Positions 27,731 through 37,914 are shown, numbered from the stretch's first letter. The stretch: DNA of 64,000 nt from Candidatus Hadarchaeota archaeon (GCA_964474885.1 CAYYWO010000003.1:32001-96000), one strand, 5' to 3'. A program made the numbers and translations. The notes: generated by a model not told the origin, from the letters alone.

Positions 27731-30190
27731 ATGTCAAAACGGATCCGTACTCAGAGGGCCTCCTTCCTCCTTGTAGTCTTTGCAGTCCTGGTTTACATAG
27801 CACTCTGTGCTATTTTCAATCCAGGGGTCCCAGCCACTTCATATCTTCTCCCCGCTTGTGTCTTGGTTCTGGCCACAATTATGTACCTCAATGTGAACAG
27901 AGTTTCCGAGTTTGTCAGAGAGCACCCCAAAGAGGTGGTCATCGCCATCTTAATCGTGACCGCGTGTTTAGCGACGGGTCTTCCCAAACTAACCTTCAAT
28001 GTCGAGCTCAGGTCATATTTGCCACCCAGCTATGAATCGGCTAGGACGACACTGGAGGTGGAAAACATGCTGGGAGGTGTGAGCAGTGAGGTGATCCTGC
28101 TTTACTCGGACAATCTCTTAGATCCAGCGTGCGTTGCGGCCGCCCATAACCTACGTGTCGCTCTGGAGAATGAGCTTGATGGTTATCTCGTTGCAAGACT
28201 GTTCTGGTACCTTGAGCCCATCGAGCGGGAACTTGGGGAGAACTTTCCGACAGGCCCTGAGCTGGAGAACAGACTCCGGCAGTTGCTTTCAGATCCAACC
28301 ATTTTGGGGGAAGTGGAGCCCCACATAAGGCGAGTTGAACCCGAGCTCGCTGAAAACTTTCGGATAGTCAGGGGAAAGGAGGGCAAGCAAGTAGCCAGGC
28401 TCGTGTACAGGGTGGCCAAAATGCCTAGCTGGGAGGAAATCTCTTACGCTAAGAAGCTGGAGCGGATCGTGAAATCCTGTGTGGAAGACTCCGGCTATGT
28501 ATTCGAGGCGACGGTGGGTGGTGACCACTCGACATCTAAAGACTTGATGAGGACGATCGAGGAGGAGCGGATTTATCTCTTCGGTACAGCAGGAATCCTG
28601 GTCTCACTATGTCTCTTCCTCACCTTCAGAAAACCTAGGGACATTCTCCTCGCACTGTTCACCATCGGTCTAGCCATCGCCTGGGTGGTTTGTCTGATGG
28701 GGTGGCTGGGGATAGAGTTCTCACCCGTGGTTGTGGGGGTCTTCCCACTCCTCATAGGCTTGGGGATAGATTATTCGGTCTACATGAACTACAGGTACTC
28801 TGAGGAAAGGTTGAAAGGGAGAGGCCCGGGTCTTGCCGCTGGCTTGGCAATAGCCACGGTGGGGACGGCCATTTATCTATCATGTATGACTACCATGTTT
28901 GGTTATGGATCTTGGTTGACTTCCCCTATGGAGCCCTTGTTTGACTTCGGCGCACTGAGCATGGCAGGCATAGGATTCGCTTACATGCTTTCCGTAACGT
29001 TCTTGCCCTCCTGCAGGATCCTCTTAGACCGGGGTGTTCGGAAGGGAGAACTGGTAGACAGGTTCTCCGCTAGGGCACTTGAGACGGGCCTCTCCAAACT
29101 GGCAGTGGTCGTCGAACGTCATGCCAAATGGTTCTTGGTTGGAGCGGTGATCGTTACTCTACTGGCGGCCTACAGTGCGATGCATACCAGAACGGCTCTC
29201 GAATGGGAGAAGATGACCCCTCAGGGTATGGAGAGCCTTGAAACCTCGGACTTGTATCTCAAGCTGTGGCCGGAATACAATCCCATGGGTGCCATTCTTG
29301 TTATGGTCAAGGGAGACATAGCTTCTCCGGAAACTCTACGATGCATGGATCAGATACAGACTTATGCTCCTCAAAGGTGCAGGTATGTAACGGATGCGTG
29401 GAGCATCGTGGACTTTGTCAAACAGAAGAACGGTGGGATACTCCCGAGCACTAGAGAAAGGGTAGTTGAGATATTGTCGGAGCTAAGTGAACCGACCTAC
29501 GCTTCCCTGATATCTCCCACCTACGACCGGACGATCATGTTTATTACGACATACACGACTACCGATCAGGAAGTACTTGCTGCCACAGAAAACGTGAGGT
29601 ACTTGGTGGAGAAGTACGGGCAAGTAGAGAACACGAAGTTCCTAGTCGGAGGACTGCCAGCCATCGGTGCAGATCTCTTGTCAGAATTGGTCCCCTCACA
29701 GCTGAGGACGACTCTTATAGCCCTAATCGGGTGCTTCCTCATCTTGTGGGCGGTGTTCCGGAACCCAAAGGAGGCCGGGATTTGTATGGTACCCGTCGTG
29801 CTCACGGTGGTCTGGGGACTGGGTATGTTCTGGCCTCTGGATATTCCCATAAATATCGTCACGGTTCTGGTTTCTGCAATCCTGATTGGTATTGGTATAG
29901 ATTACGCGATCCATGTGCGCCACAGGTACGTGGAAGAGCTGAGCAAGGGGAGGAGTATAAAGCACGCCATCAGGGAGACCATGGTCAGGATAGGGGGAGC
30001 AGTCTTCGGTGCCGCGACGACCTCTCTGTCCGCTATGGGCACCCTGATGGCCTCTAGGATGCCCGCGATTGCTGTTTTCGGGAAAATGATCGCCTTGGAG
30101 TTTGTAGCTTGTCTATGCGCGGTTTTCTTCGTGCTTCCGGCTTTGTTGGTCTGGCTGACCAAGAGAGGGAGCATACGTGTAACCACTTGA
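27731..30190 (+). CDS. MMPL/RND superfamily transporter
   Basis: Two repeats each with GLGIDY/GIGIDY; many TM helices; ATG 27731. Confidence 0.9.
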   Translation: MSKRIRTQRASFLLVVFAVLVYIALCAIFNPGVPATSYLLPACVLVLATIMYLNVNRVSEFVREHPKEVVIAILIVTACLATGLPKLTFNVELRSYLPPSYESARTTLEVENMLGGVSSEVILLYSDNLLDPACVAAAHNLRVALENELDGYLVARLFWYLEPIERELGENFPTGPELENRLRQLLSDPTILGEVEPHIRRVEPELAENFRIVRGKEGKQVARLVYRVAKMPSWEEISYAKKLERIVKSCVEDSGYVFEATVGGDHSTSKDLMRTIEEERIYLFGTAGILVSLCLFLTFRKPRDILLALFTIGLAIAWVVCLMGWLGIEFSPVVVGVFPLLIGLGIDYSVYMNYRYSEERLKGRGPGLAAGLAIATVGTAIYLSCMTTMFGYGSWLTSPMEPLFDFGALSMAGIGFAYMLSVTFLPSCRILLDRGVRKGELVDRFSARALETGLSKLAVVVERHAKWFLVGAVIVTLLAAYSAMHTRTALEWEKMTPQGMESLETSDLYLKLWPEYNPMGAILVMVKGDIASPETLRCMDQIQTYAPQRCRYVTDAWSIVDFVKQKNGGILPSTRERVVEILSELSEPTYASLISPTYDRTIMFITTYTTTDQEVLAATENVRYLVEKYGQVENTKFLVGGLPAIGADLLSELVPSQLRTTLIALIGCFLILWAVFRNPKEAGICMVPVVLTVVWGLGMFWPLDIPINIVTVLVSAILIGIGIDYAIHVRHRYVEELSKGRSIKHAIRETMVRIGGAVFGAATTSLSAMGTLMASRMPAIAVFGKMIALEFVACLCAVFFVLPALLVWLTKRGSIRVTT

Positions 30191-30615
30191 AACACATTTA
30201 CACACTCGGTTATGGGGGGAGGAAATGGGAGGAGTTCCTATCGCTGGTTCGCGAGCATGGAGTGAAGATGGTGATCGATGTTCGCGCCTTTCCTAAGTCG
30301 AAATACCCCGAATACTCCGCCCAGTCGATGGAAGAGAACCTGAGGAGAGCGGGCATCGGCTACGCTAGGATCCCTGAGCTTGGGGGCTATAGGAGAGGGG
30401 GTTACCAAGCCTACACTAGGACGGAGGAGTTCAAAAAGGGGGTGAAGATGCTGGAGGAGCTGGCAGGAAAGCAAACCTCGGTTGTGGTCTGTCTGGAGAG
30501 GGACCCCAAGGGTTGCCATCGCAGATTTATCGCAGATGAGCTCGCGCGCAGGGGATGGAAGATCCTGCACATCCTGAAGAAGGGGGAAGTAATTGAGCAT
30601 GCCGCTCTCCGCTGA
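30187..30615 (+). CDS. DUF488 family protein
   Basis: IYTLGY, IDVRAFPKS, ELGGYR, CLE....CHR; TTG start inferred. Confidence 0.85.
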   Translation: MKHIYTLGYGGRKWEEFLSLVREHGVKMVIDVRAFPKSKYPEYSAQSMEENLRRAGIGYARIPELGGYRRGGYQAYTRTEEFKKGVKMLEELAGKQTSVVVCLERDPKGCHRRFIADELARRGWKILHILKKGEVIEHAALR

Positions 30616-31723
30616 AGAAATGCGTAGGCTGGATGAGGCAGCTGAGCGGGTAGGGATACCGCGAGTGTTACTGATGGAGAACGCAGGGGCCGCGGTGGCG
30701 AGGAGGGTGATCCAGCGGTTCGGGGCGAGGAAAGTTCTAGTCCTGGCGGGAACGGGAAACAATGGGGGAGATGGCATGGTGGCGGCGCGGCACCTGTCAA
30801 ATCTCGGGTGTGAAGTCAGCGTTGTCTTGGTGGGCGAGCCTTCCGCCATAAGGACGCAAGAGGCTAGGTTGAACTGGGAGATCCTGTCGAGGCTTGAGAG
30901 AGTGAGGACCTCCGTCTTCAAGAACTTGGATGAAATCACTCGTGCAATAGATCAGTCCGAGCTGATCTTGGATGCCATGCTGGGGACGGGTGTTAGAGGG
31001 GAGCTCAGAGAGCCATTCCTGTCGATCGTGAGGAAGGTGAACTCGTCCGGAAAACCAGTGGTAGCTGTGGACAGCCCAACTGGCTTGGATCCCACGTCGG
31101 GCCAGGTCTGCGGTGAGGCCATCAGGGCAACGATGACCATCACCTTCCATTCGCCGAAGTCAGGACTGCCGCTGGTTAAGGATTACACGGGGGAGCTCTT
31201 GGTAGAGGACATCGGGATCCCTCATGAGCTCGAAAGAAGGGAAATAGGGAGGGAAGTTGAGCATACCAAGCCTGAGGCACCCGTTCTCGTATCGGCCTGC
31301 CTTCTAGGGGTGAACTGCAGGTACGACGGGGGGAACTGTTACGAGGAGAAAGTTCTGAGGCATGTGCGGGGCAGACTTGTCATCCCAGTTTGCCCGGAGC
31401 AGCTTGGTGGGCTCCCCACTCCTAGGAGGCCTAACAGGCTCTTGGGCCCCGGATCAGAGGTCCTAGCGGGGAGGGCCAGAGTTGTGAACGACTTGGGGAA
31501 GGATGTCACGGAGAACTTCGTTCGGGGGGCTCAGGAGGTCCTCTCTATAGCCAAGCTCTTCAATGTCAGGGAGGCGATCCTGAAGTCGGGAAGCCCCTCC
31601 TGTGGGGTCGGGAGGGTGAAGCTCCCCGATGGAAGCTGGCTACGGGGAGATGGTGTGGCGGCTGCATGCTTGAAAAAGGAGGGCTTGAGGCTCATCACCG
31701 AGCATGAGATTTCTGGCTTCTGA
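30593..31723 (+). CDS. NAD(P)HX epimerase (YjeF_N) fused to a DUF523/TudS-like Fe-S domain
   Basis: LMENAG, GNNGGDG, DAMLGTG, VDSPTG; then VSACLLGVNCRYDG, VCPEQLGGLPTPR, SPSCG. Confidence 0.88.
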   Translation: MSMPLSAEEMRRLDEAAERVGIPRVLLMENAGAAVARRVIQRFGARKVLVLAGTGNNGGDGMVAARHLSNLGCEVSVVLVGEPSAIRTQEARLNWEILSRLERVRTSVFKNLDEITRAIDQSELILDAMLGTGVRGELREPFLSIVRKVNSSGKPVVAVDSPTGLDPTSGQVCGEAIRATMTITFHSPKSGLPLVKDYTGELLVEDIGIPHELERREIGREVEHTKPEAPVLVSACLLGVNCRYDGGNCYEEKVLRHVRGRLVIPVCPEQLGGLPTPRRPNRLLGPGSEVLAGRARVVNDLGKDVTENFVRGAQEVLSIAKLFNVREAILKSGSPSCGVGRVKLPDGSWLRGDGVAAACLKKEGLRLITEHEISGF

Positions 31724-32243
31724 GCTGAAGCAGATCCTCTGCTCTATTTTGATTCTAGCCATTGCGGTCTCGGGCCTCAGCCTGCACCGCTTGACAGTCT
31801 TTTCCCTTCCTCTTGTGTTGGGCTTCTTCCTGCACGAGATGTCCCACAAGTGGATGGCCCGCAGGTACGGTTTCTTCTCGGTTTACTCATGGTGGCCTCC
31901 CGGCTTGCTATTTGCTTTGTTCTTGGGTCTGGCCTCTGGGGGAGAGGTGATTTTCGCAGCGCCCGGAGCAGTGGTCATCCTGAGCAGCTTCTTTTCCAAG
32001 GATCAAGCGGGGAAGATAGCCCTTGCAGGCCCCTTCATGAACGTGTTGCTAGCAGCCATCTTTTACCCCCTTGGCTCCCTGCTGGGGGAGCTGGCTCTCC
32101 AGGGTTTCTACATAAACCTGTGGCTGGCCGTCTTCAACCTCCTCCCCTTCCCCCCTCTGGACGGCTACAAGGTCTTTCACTGGAGCCCCTTGCTGTGGGC
32201 ACTCGTCGAAATACCCCTCCTTTCACTACTCTTCCTCAGCTAG
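31704..32243 (+). CDS. Site-2 protease (M50) family
   Basis: HEMSH, IALAGP, FNLLPFPPLDG. Confidence 0.9.
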   Translation: MRFLASELKQILCSILILAIAVSGLSLHRLTVFSLPLVLGFFLHEMSHKWMARRYGFFSVYSWWPPGLLFALFLGLASGGEVIFAAPGAVVILSSFFSKDQAGKIALAGPFMNVLLAAIFYPLGSLLGELALQGFYINLWLAVFNLLPFPPLDGYKVFHWSPLLWALVEIPLLSLLFLS

Positions 32244-33842
32244 CTTCCTGATTTGATCCAGAGTGTCGGCTTCTTCCGGTTTTTTATCCTCTCTTATGCT
32301 CTTTATCCTCGCGAAGCGGAGGGCCATCCCGCAGGGGTATTTGGGGCTCCTCTGGACCTGATTGAAGGATACCTCCACCACCACCTCAGGCCGAACCCAG
32401 ACGGTCCTCCCCTGACTGGAGATCTCCAGTTGCTTCAGCCTCCGGGTCATGTGCTCCAGCTCCTGGTCGGTTAGCCCTTTGAACGTCTTCCCCACCACCT
32501 CGAACTTCCCGGTTTTCGGATCCAGGGCTGCCAGGTAGTAATCAGAGAGGAACTTGGCCCTCCTTCCATGTCCCCATTCAGCTCCCACCACCACGAGATC
32601 CAGCGTGAGGGTCTTCTTGACCTTTAGCCAGCACTTTTCCCTCCTCCCCGGCACGTAGGGGCTGGAGGGATGTTTGGCCATGACCCCCTCGTGACCAGCA
32701 TCTAAGGCCTGCTTTAAGAAGTCCTCCGCATCTCCGAGATCCAGGCACAGACGGTTAACGATTACATGATCCCCTGCGACCTCCTCCAGTTTGGATCTCC
32801 TCTCGGAGTAAGGGAGCTCGAGCAGAGACTTTCCCTCTAAAAACAAGATATCGAAGAACCAGAGCCGGAGGGGTACCTCCTCCCTCAGCTTCCTGATCTC
32901 CCTCTCCCTCCTGAACCTGCGGAGCAGGAACTGAAAGGGCAATGGTTTTCCTTCCCTCAGCGCCACGACCTCTCCCTCCAGGATTCCCTCCTTAAGCTCC
33001 AGCTCCCTGCACTGCTCCACAACCTCCGGCATGCTTTGGGTGACATCCTTCGGCCCCCTGCTGAAGATCCTCACCTGGTCGAGTTTTTTATGGACTTGGA
33101 CCCTGGCCCCGTCCAGCTTGAACTCTAGGTAGGTCCGTCCCTGGTGCTCATGCAAGACTTCTTTCAAGTCTTGGGCCTGGTGTGCCAGCATGGGCTGTAT
33201 GGGTCTGAAGACCTTGAGGTGGAAGCTGGACAGGTCCCTGCCGCAAGCTAGGGCCTCAGAGACCTCAGCCAGGCTCGTCAAGCTCCACGCCAGGTGCAGC
33301 TGCTTTGGATCCACCGAGTAGGCCTTCGCCAGGGCGGGCAACAGTAGACCCTCACTGAACCCCATCCTCATTTCCCCGATCAGGAGCTTCGTGAGCAGCC
33401 TGGACTCCGCGGGGGAGCATCTGAGGAACAGACCCTCGATTATCTTCCGCTTCCTGCTGACGGAGGACTCACCAGATATTTCCGTGACTTTTTGGATGGA
33501 ATCCCAAACCTCCAAAATGGCGAGGGGGCGGGTATCTAGAGACCTGAAGAGAATGCCCTTCTTATCTAGTAGCCTGTAAACGGCCTCCCCAAGGTCTCCA
33601 GTTTCTTGGAAGAGGCGGAAAAGCTCCTCCTCCCTCGCACCTGTCACTTCAAGTACGATGTGCTTGAGGGTGGACCATCCCACGCCGAGCTGCGGAACCT
33701 GCCCGGCTAGCATGCAGGCGGCAGGTTTCACCTCCTTAGGCTCCAAATTCTTGAAGAATTCGGCAACGAGGTTTATCATTTCCTTTCTGCTGTGCATTTT
33801 TTCCAAGTTTAAGCAGAGCTCGGCTAGCCTGCTAAACTCCAT
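32226..33842 (-). CDS. lig: ATP-dependent DNA ligase
   Basis: PMLA, EFKLDGARVQ, EGVMAK, WLKVK, DLVVVG, LRFARI..REDK. Confidence 0.95.
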   Translation of the reverse strand: MEFSRLAELCLNLEKMHSRKEMINLVAEFFKNLEPKEVKPAACMLAGQVPQLGVGWSTLKHIVLEVTGAREEELFRLFQETGDLGEAVYRLLDKKGILFRSLDTRPLAILEVWDSIQKVTEISGESSVSRKRKIIEGLFLRCSPAESRLLTKLLIGEMRMGFSEGLLLPALAKAYSVDPKQLHLAWSLTSLAEVSEALACGRDLSSFHLKVFRPIQPMLAHQAQDLKEVLHEHQGRTYLEFKLDGARVQVHKKLDQVRIFSRGPKDVTQSMPEVVEQCRELELKEGILEGEVVALREGKPLPFQFLLRRFRREREIRKLREEVPLRLWFFDILFLEGKSLLELPYSERRSKLEEVAGDHVIVNRLCLDLGDAEDFLKQALDAGHEGVMAKHPSSPYVPGRREKCWLKVKKTLTLDLVVVGAEWGHGRRAKFLSDYYLAALDPKTGKFEVVGKTFKGLTDQELEHMTRRLKQLEISSQGRTVWVRPEVVVEVSFNQVQRSPKYPCGMALRFARIKSIREDKKPEEADTLDQIRKLAEEE

Positions 33843-33954
33843 CAAATTTCTGGCGGGAAAAATCAATTACCAAGAGGCTTCAATCTCGGGGACTGTAGAG
33901 CCCTTACGATTGTGCGTGCGGATTCACTCAAGCTGAAACAGAAAAAGAAAAAAG

Positions 33955-34064
33955 CAACTGCTTATTTGTTGCAAACACTTCACGCCAAAGTGTTTATAAC
34001 CGGTAAACACTTTGGGGAACTTTTATTTGTTTATCAACTTCCTGCAAGCTGTTTATAAACACTT
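33955..34064. repeat. Array of ~4 AT-rich dyad repeats, ~30-bp period
   Basis: CAACTGCTTATTTGTTGCAAACACTT, AAAGTGTTTATAACCGGTAAACACTTT, AACTTTTATTTGTTTATCAACTT, AAGCTGTTTATAAACACTT. Confidence 0.8.
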
Positions 34065-34127
34065 GTCTGCTGTCATGGTAGCTTGTTAGAGTTGCACAGT
34101 CAATCCTCAATTAACTAGGCCTGGGAG

Positions 34128-34144
34128 CCTCCTTTCAAGTGGAC
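34128..34144 (-). promoter_or_regulatory. Single ORB-like element
   Basis: Minus strand GTCCACTTGAAAGGAGG. Confidence 0.3.
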
Positions 34145-34154
34145 AAATCCAGAG

Positions 34155-35669
34155 CTAGCTCACTCTGATGCAATTCGCTGTGTGTGGAGGTATTATCAGC
34201 ACATCCTTCCTCACCTTGACTTTGTTCCTCTCTATCCCAACGAGATCTGGATTCGATGGAGAGTTGGCCGCCCAGGGGCCCGCCGTACCCACGGTGAACG
34301 TCTCCCGCGCTTCCTCTTTCAGTCGAATCGTGACGCTCTCGCTGTAACTGCGGTTGACGATGAACACGGAGGTTCCTCTCCTATCTTCAACCGCAGCTGC
34401 ATCGACCACGGGAGCCCGGAGCGACCGCGTCTCTATCTCGGGCGAGTTAACGCGAACCTCCAAAACAGTATCCCGCAGGTTCTCCGCATACATCCTAAAA
34501 ACGACGCCGGGAGGGGCCAGGTACGCCCCAGATTCGTGGGTCACGATCGAACCCAGAGCGTTGATCATTTGCGCGTAGTTGGCACAAAGCAGATTTTTTA
34601 TCCGGAGCAGGGAGTTCAACATACAGGCCGTATAGAGGCCCTCCGCCACCGTGTAGTTGCACCTCCGGTGCGAGGGCAGATCGTATCTGACATTCCACTC
34701 ATCCAGACAGAGGGGTACCTCCACCTCCTCCTGCACTCTGAGGAGCATGCGCTCGGTCTTTATGTTCCCTGTCACCACCCAGTAGAAGTTCTCCTCCGTG
34801 GGTTTGGGCCTCCAGTGCCAGAGCCTCATGACATCCGGAAAGTAATCGTGGATCGAGAGTGCATCGATCTCATGCCCGGCGATCTTCAGAAGCCTCCGAT
34901 TCCAGTCCTTCCAGTTCAGGGGATTAAAGAGGGGGCGCAAGGGTTCAAAAAGAGGACGGAGTAGCAAGCAGGGCAGGAGTTGCGCCCAGACACTTTCTCC
35001 CCATGGGATGCCAAGCCCGCAGGCTATGAGCTTTATGTCCGGGTCGACCCTCCGCATGGCCCTCGCGAATTTCAGGAATTTCTCGCCATATTTCTCAGGG
35101 GAGCAGGATCCCTTCTCTAGGGGCATCCACTGTTCGTTCCCGATGCACCACAGCTTCACACCCCATGGCTCTCTCCTCCCCATGGAAGCCCTGACCCTGC
35201 CCCACCTAGTGCTGGGATCCCCATTGCAGAACTCCACCCACTCAGCAGCTTCCTCAGGGGTACCGGTTCCAGCGTTCACCGTAAGCATCGGTTCGGCCCC
35301 AACAGCTTCACAGAACATGAGGAACTCTTGGGTTCCGAACTGATAGCTCTCCGGCTTGCCTATCCCGGATCCTGACCACCTCCAGTAGTAATTCGGCTTG
35401 ACGGGCCTGGACTTCCTGGGACCAATCCCAAACTTCCAGTGGTAGTAATCGGCGGCACACCCACCCGGGAAGCGGATGACCTGCGGCCTGATGGACTTGA
35501 CAAGTTCGAGCACGTCCTTCCTGATCCCGCCCAGCCACAGGTTTGAGGGGGGCTGGCTTGGGTCCCAAATCCCGCCGTAGATGTTGTCCCCTAGGTTCTC
35601 CACGAAGTGTCCCAGTATCATGGGGGTTTTCCACAACCTGCCTCCCAGCTGGATCTTAGCCTCGATCAT
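34155..35669 (-). CDS. Alpha-L-arabinofuranosidase (GH51)
   Basis: GHFVE, RFPGG, FGTQEF, WCIGNE, LDEWN, AQMIN; start ATG 35669. Confidence 0.9.
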   Translation of the reverse strand: MIEAKIQLGGRLWKTPMILGHFVENLGDNIYGGIWDPSQPPSNLWLGGIRKDVLELVKSIRPQVIRFPGGCAADYYHWKFGIGPRKSRPVKPNYYWRWSGSGIGKPESYQFGTQEFLMFCEAVGAEPMLTVNAGTGTPEEAAEWVEFCNGDPSTRWGRVRASMGRREPWGVKLWCIGNEQWMPLEKGSCSPEKYGEKFLKFARAMRRVDPDIKLIACGLGIPWGESVWAQLLPCLLLRPLFEPLRPLFNPLNWKDWNRRLLKIAGHEIDALSIHDYFPDVMRLWHWRPKPTEENFYWVVTGNIKTERMLLRVQEEVEVPLCLDEWNVRYDLPSHRRCNYTVAEGLYTACMLNSLLRIKNLLCANYAQMINALGSIVTHESGAYLAPPGVVFRMYAENLRDTVLEVRVNSPEIETRSLRAPVVDAAAVEDRRGTSVFIVNRSYSESVTIRLKEEARETFTVGTAGPWAANSPSNPDLVGIERNKVKVRKDVLIIPPHTANCIRVS

Positions 35670-36258
35670 GTACTTCCCGGAAACTTTCGAAGGAGGAGAA
35701 GATTCTCCACCTCCCCTTGGTTGCGAGCGGGAGGAGAAAGGACCAGACGTACCATTGGCTCCTGTGGAACATGATTGCGCGCATCTTCTCTTTCCTGAAA
35801 GCACGTATGTCCACGCGGAGGTTCGGTCGAAGCGAGTGGTAGAGCCTGACTGGGCGGAAGCTCAGGGAAAGCTTCCCGACGAACAGGTGGTCCGGATGCA
35901 GGTAGTATGGGGTCTCGGGCTCAGGGGCGTAGATGAGATCGGGGGACTCCCTCCGGACGGACCGAACTATGGGCTGACCATCGTCCCGCTTCAGCTCCCC
36001 GTCCATCAACCCCAGAGGCCTTATCTCAATGTTGAGGAAGCGGGCGGCCGATTCGGCCTCCGCCCTCCTCCTTTTTCCGACATCCTTAAGGGGTTTTCCA
36101 CCTGAAAGAGAGACTGCAAAATTCTCCGGGCACCCCTTCTGTCCATCGGTCACCAAGATTTCAACGACCTCATCCCCCCGGGCCAGATGCTTGAGCACCG
36201 TGCCCCCGACGAACAGTTCTAAATCGTCTGGATGAGGGGAGAGGACCACAACTTTCAT
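35656..36258 (-). CDS. PIG-L family de-N-acetylase
   Basis: SPHPDDLE, TDG, HPDH, HRSQ. Confidence 0.88.
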   Translation of the reverse strand: MKVVVLSPHPDDLELFVGGTVLKHLARGDEVVEILVTDGQKGCPENFAVSLSGGKPLKDVGKRRRAEAESAARFLNIEIRPLGLMDGELKRDDGQPIVRSVRRESPDLIYAPEPETPYYLHPDHLFVGKLSLSFRPVRLYHSLRPNLRVDIRAFRKEKMRAIMFHRSQWYVWSFLLPLATKGRWRIFSSFESFREVHDRG

Positions 36259-36277
36259 TCACTAGTCTGACGAAAGT

Positions 36278-36487
36278 TTGATAATGGGAGCAGTGATAGG
36301 AGGACAAAATCTCCTGAAAGGGAGGAGGAAAGCCCTGGCGGAGGCGGCCAGGGATTTGGGCCCGGATCAGCTGAAGAGGGTGGAGGAGCTCCTAAAAAGC
36401 TGGAGCGATGAGAACAGAGCGGAGCTGACCAAGCTCTTGGGGCCGGACCGGGCGAAGCGTCTACTCAGAGACTTGGGGATCGTTTGA
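36278..36487 (+). CDS. Small hypothetical protein
   Basis: Fills the gap between genes; helical, protein-like composition. Confidence 0.5.
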   Translation: MIMGAVIGGQNLLKGRRKALAEAARDLGPDQLKRVEELLKSWSDENRAELTKLLGPDRAKRLLRDLGIV

Positions 36488-37112
36488 GCAGGCGCATCCT
36501 CCTGACGAGTAGGAACTTGACCTCCTCCCAAGGGGAGAAGAGGCGGGCCGGGCCTATTCTGGTTCTGCCCTTCCTGATGGCCTCGAGGACGCCTTCCATG
36601 CTAGATGCCTCAACGAGGGTGTAGGCTCTCCCCAGAGTCTCTAGGAGGTGGGCATCGGATCCGGCGGTCATGGGTTTCCCCAGCTCTCTGCAGACCTGTA
36701 GAGCCCTCGCGTTCCTGGAAAAGATGTGGGGATTGAGGACCTCGATGGCATCCAAGTCCAGGCGCCTTATAGCGTCCTTCAGACTGGATCTGCCCACTGC
36801 ATACGGATGAGCGGCCACGGCGATGCCTCCCTTCTCGTGTATCAGCTCGACGGTTTCCTCCGGGGACAGACCAGCTGGTATGTCCTCCACCACGCCGAGA
36901 CCTAGGATGTCCCCTTTTGCGGAGCGCACCTCAATCCCGGGTAGCACGAAGTCCTTGTCGATTTTTCTCCCGACTAAGCTCCCCCGAACGGTATTGTGAT
37001 CTGTTATGGCTATGCCGTCTAGCCCGATTTTCCTCCCCCACCTGATGAGTTCCTTGGGAGTGGGGATGGCATCCTCCGAGTAGACTGAGTGGACGTGCAG
37101 GTCGATCTTCAT
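36465..37112 (-). CDS. PHP-domain metal-dependent phosphoesterase
   Basis: DLHVHS, ITDHN, AHPY, GSDAH. Confidence 0.9.
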   Translation of the reverse strand: MKIDLHVHSVYSEDAIPTPKELIRWGRKIGLDGIAITDHNTVRGSLVGRKIDKDFVLPGIEVRSAKGDILGLGVVEDIPAGLSPEETVELIHEKGGIAVAAHPYAVGRSSLKDAIRRLDLDAIEVLNPHIFSRNARALQVCRELGKPMTAGSDAHLLETLGRAYTLVEASSMEGVLEAIRKGRTRIGPARLFSPWEEVKFLLVRRMRLLKRSPSL

Positions 37113-37134
37113 ATCAAAAGCCTCGCACTAGCTT

Positions 37135-37746
37135 ATGATGGCAACCGCTGGTTTTGACGAGGCTGGCAGGGGGCCGATTCTAGGGCCGATGGTCCTCTGC
37201 GGGGTCAGCTTTGCACGTGAGGTGCTCCCGGATCTGAAAAGAGCCGGGGTGAGGGACTCCAAGCAGGTCGGCCCGAAAAAGAGAGAAGACTTAGCCAAAC
37301 TCATCCAGGGACTTGCCACAGACATCAGAGTGGTGGAGCTCTGGCCCAGGGAAATCGACGAGCTGAGGACCTGCAAGAACCTGAACGAGATAGAAGCGGA
37401 GGTCTTTGCCAGGATGATCGACGAGCTCCAGCCCGAGGTGGCATTCATAGACTCCCCCGATCCGAGACCGGAGCTCTTCCTCTTCAGAATGGAACGGTAT
37501 CTGCGCAGTAAGCCTAAATTGGTCGTGGAGAACGGAGCCGACCGAAAATACGTGGAGGTCTCGGCGGCCTCAATAGTGGCTAAAGTGACCAGGGAGGCAA
37601 GGATACAGGAACTCCACCAAAAGTACGGGGATTTTGGGTCGGGTTACCTGACGGATCCAAAAACCGTCTCCTTCTTGAAAAAATGGTTGAGGGAGAAGGG
37701 GATGTATCCGAGTTTTGCTAGGAGGTCTTGGAAATTCTCTCTGTAA
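37135..37746 (+). CDS. rnhB: Ribonuclease HII
   Basis: DEAGRGPILGPMV, DSK, VSAASIVAKV, GSGY. Confidence 0.96.
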   Translation: MMATAGFDEAGRGPILGPMVLCGVSFAREVLPDLKRAGVRDSKQVGPKKREDLAKLIQGLATDIRVVELWPREIDELRTCKNLNEIEAEVFARMIDELQPEVAFIDSPDPRPELFLFRMERYLRSKPKLVVENGADRKYVEVSAASIVAKVTREARIQELHQKYGDFGSGYLTDPKTVSFLKKWLREKGMYPSFARRSWKFSL

Positions 37747-37914
37747 TAATTAGCGGCCTGCCTCTGTCCCATCCATTGAGGGCGATGATGGAGGGTGTTA
37801 CGGTGCAAAGTGCCACCAACACATCCATTACACCGTCCACATCGCCGCCTGTTAGGTGAGCCCCCCTTACCAAACTAAGTCCGTGACGCTCCAAGCCGGC
37901 AGCCCGGAAATTGA

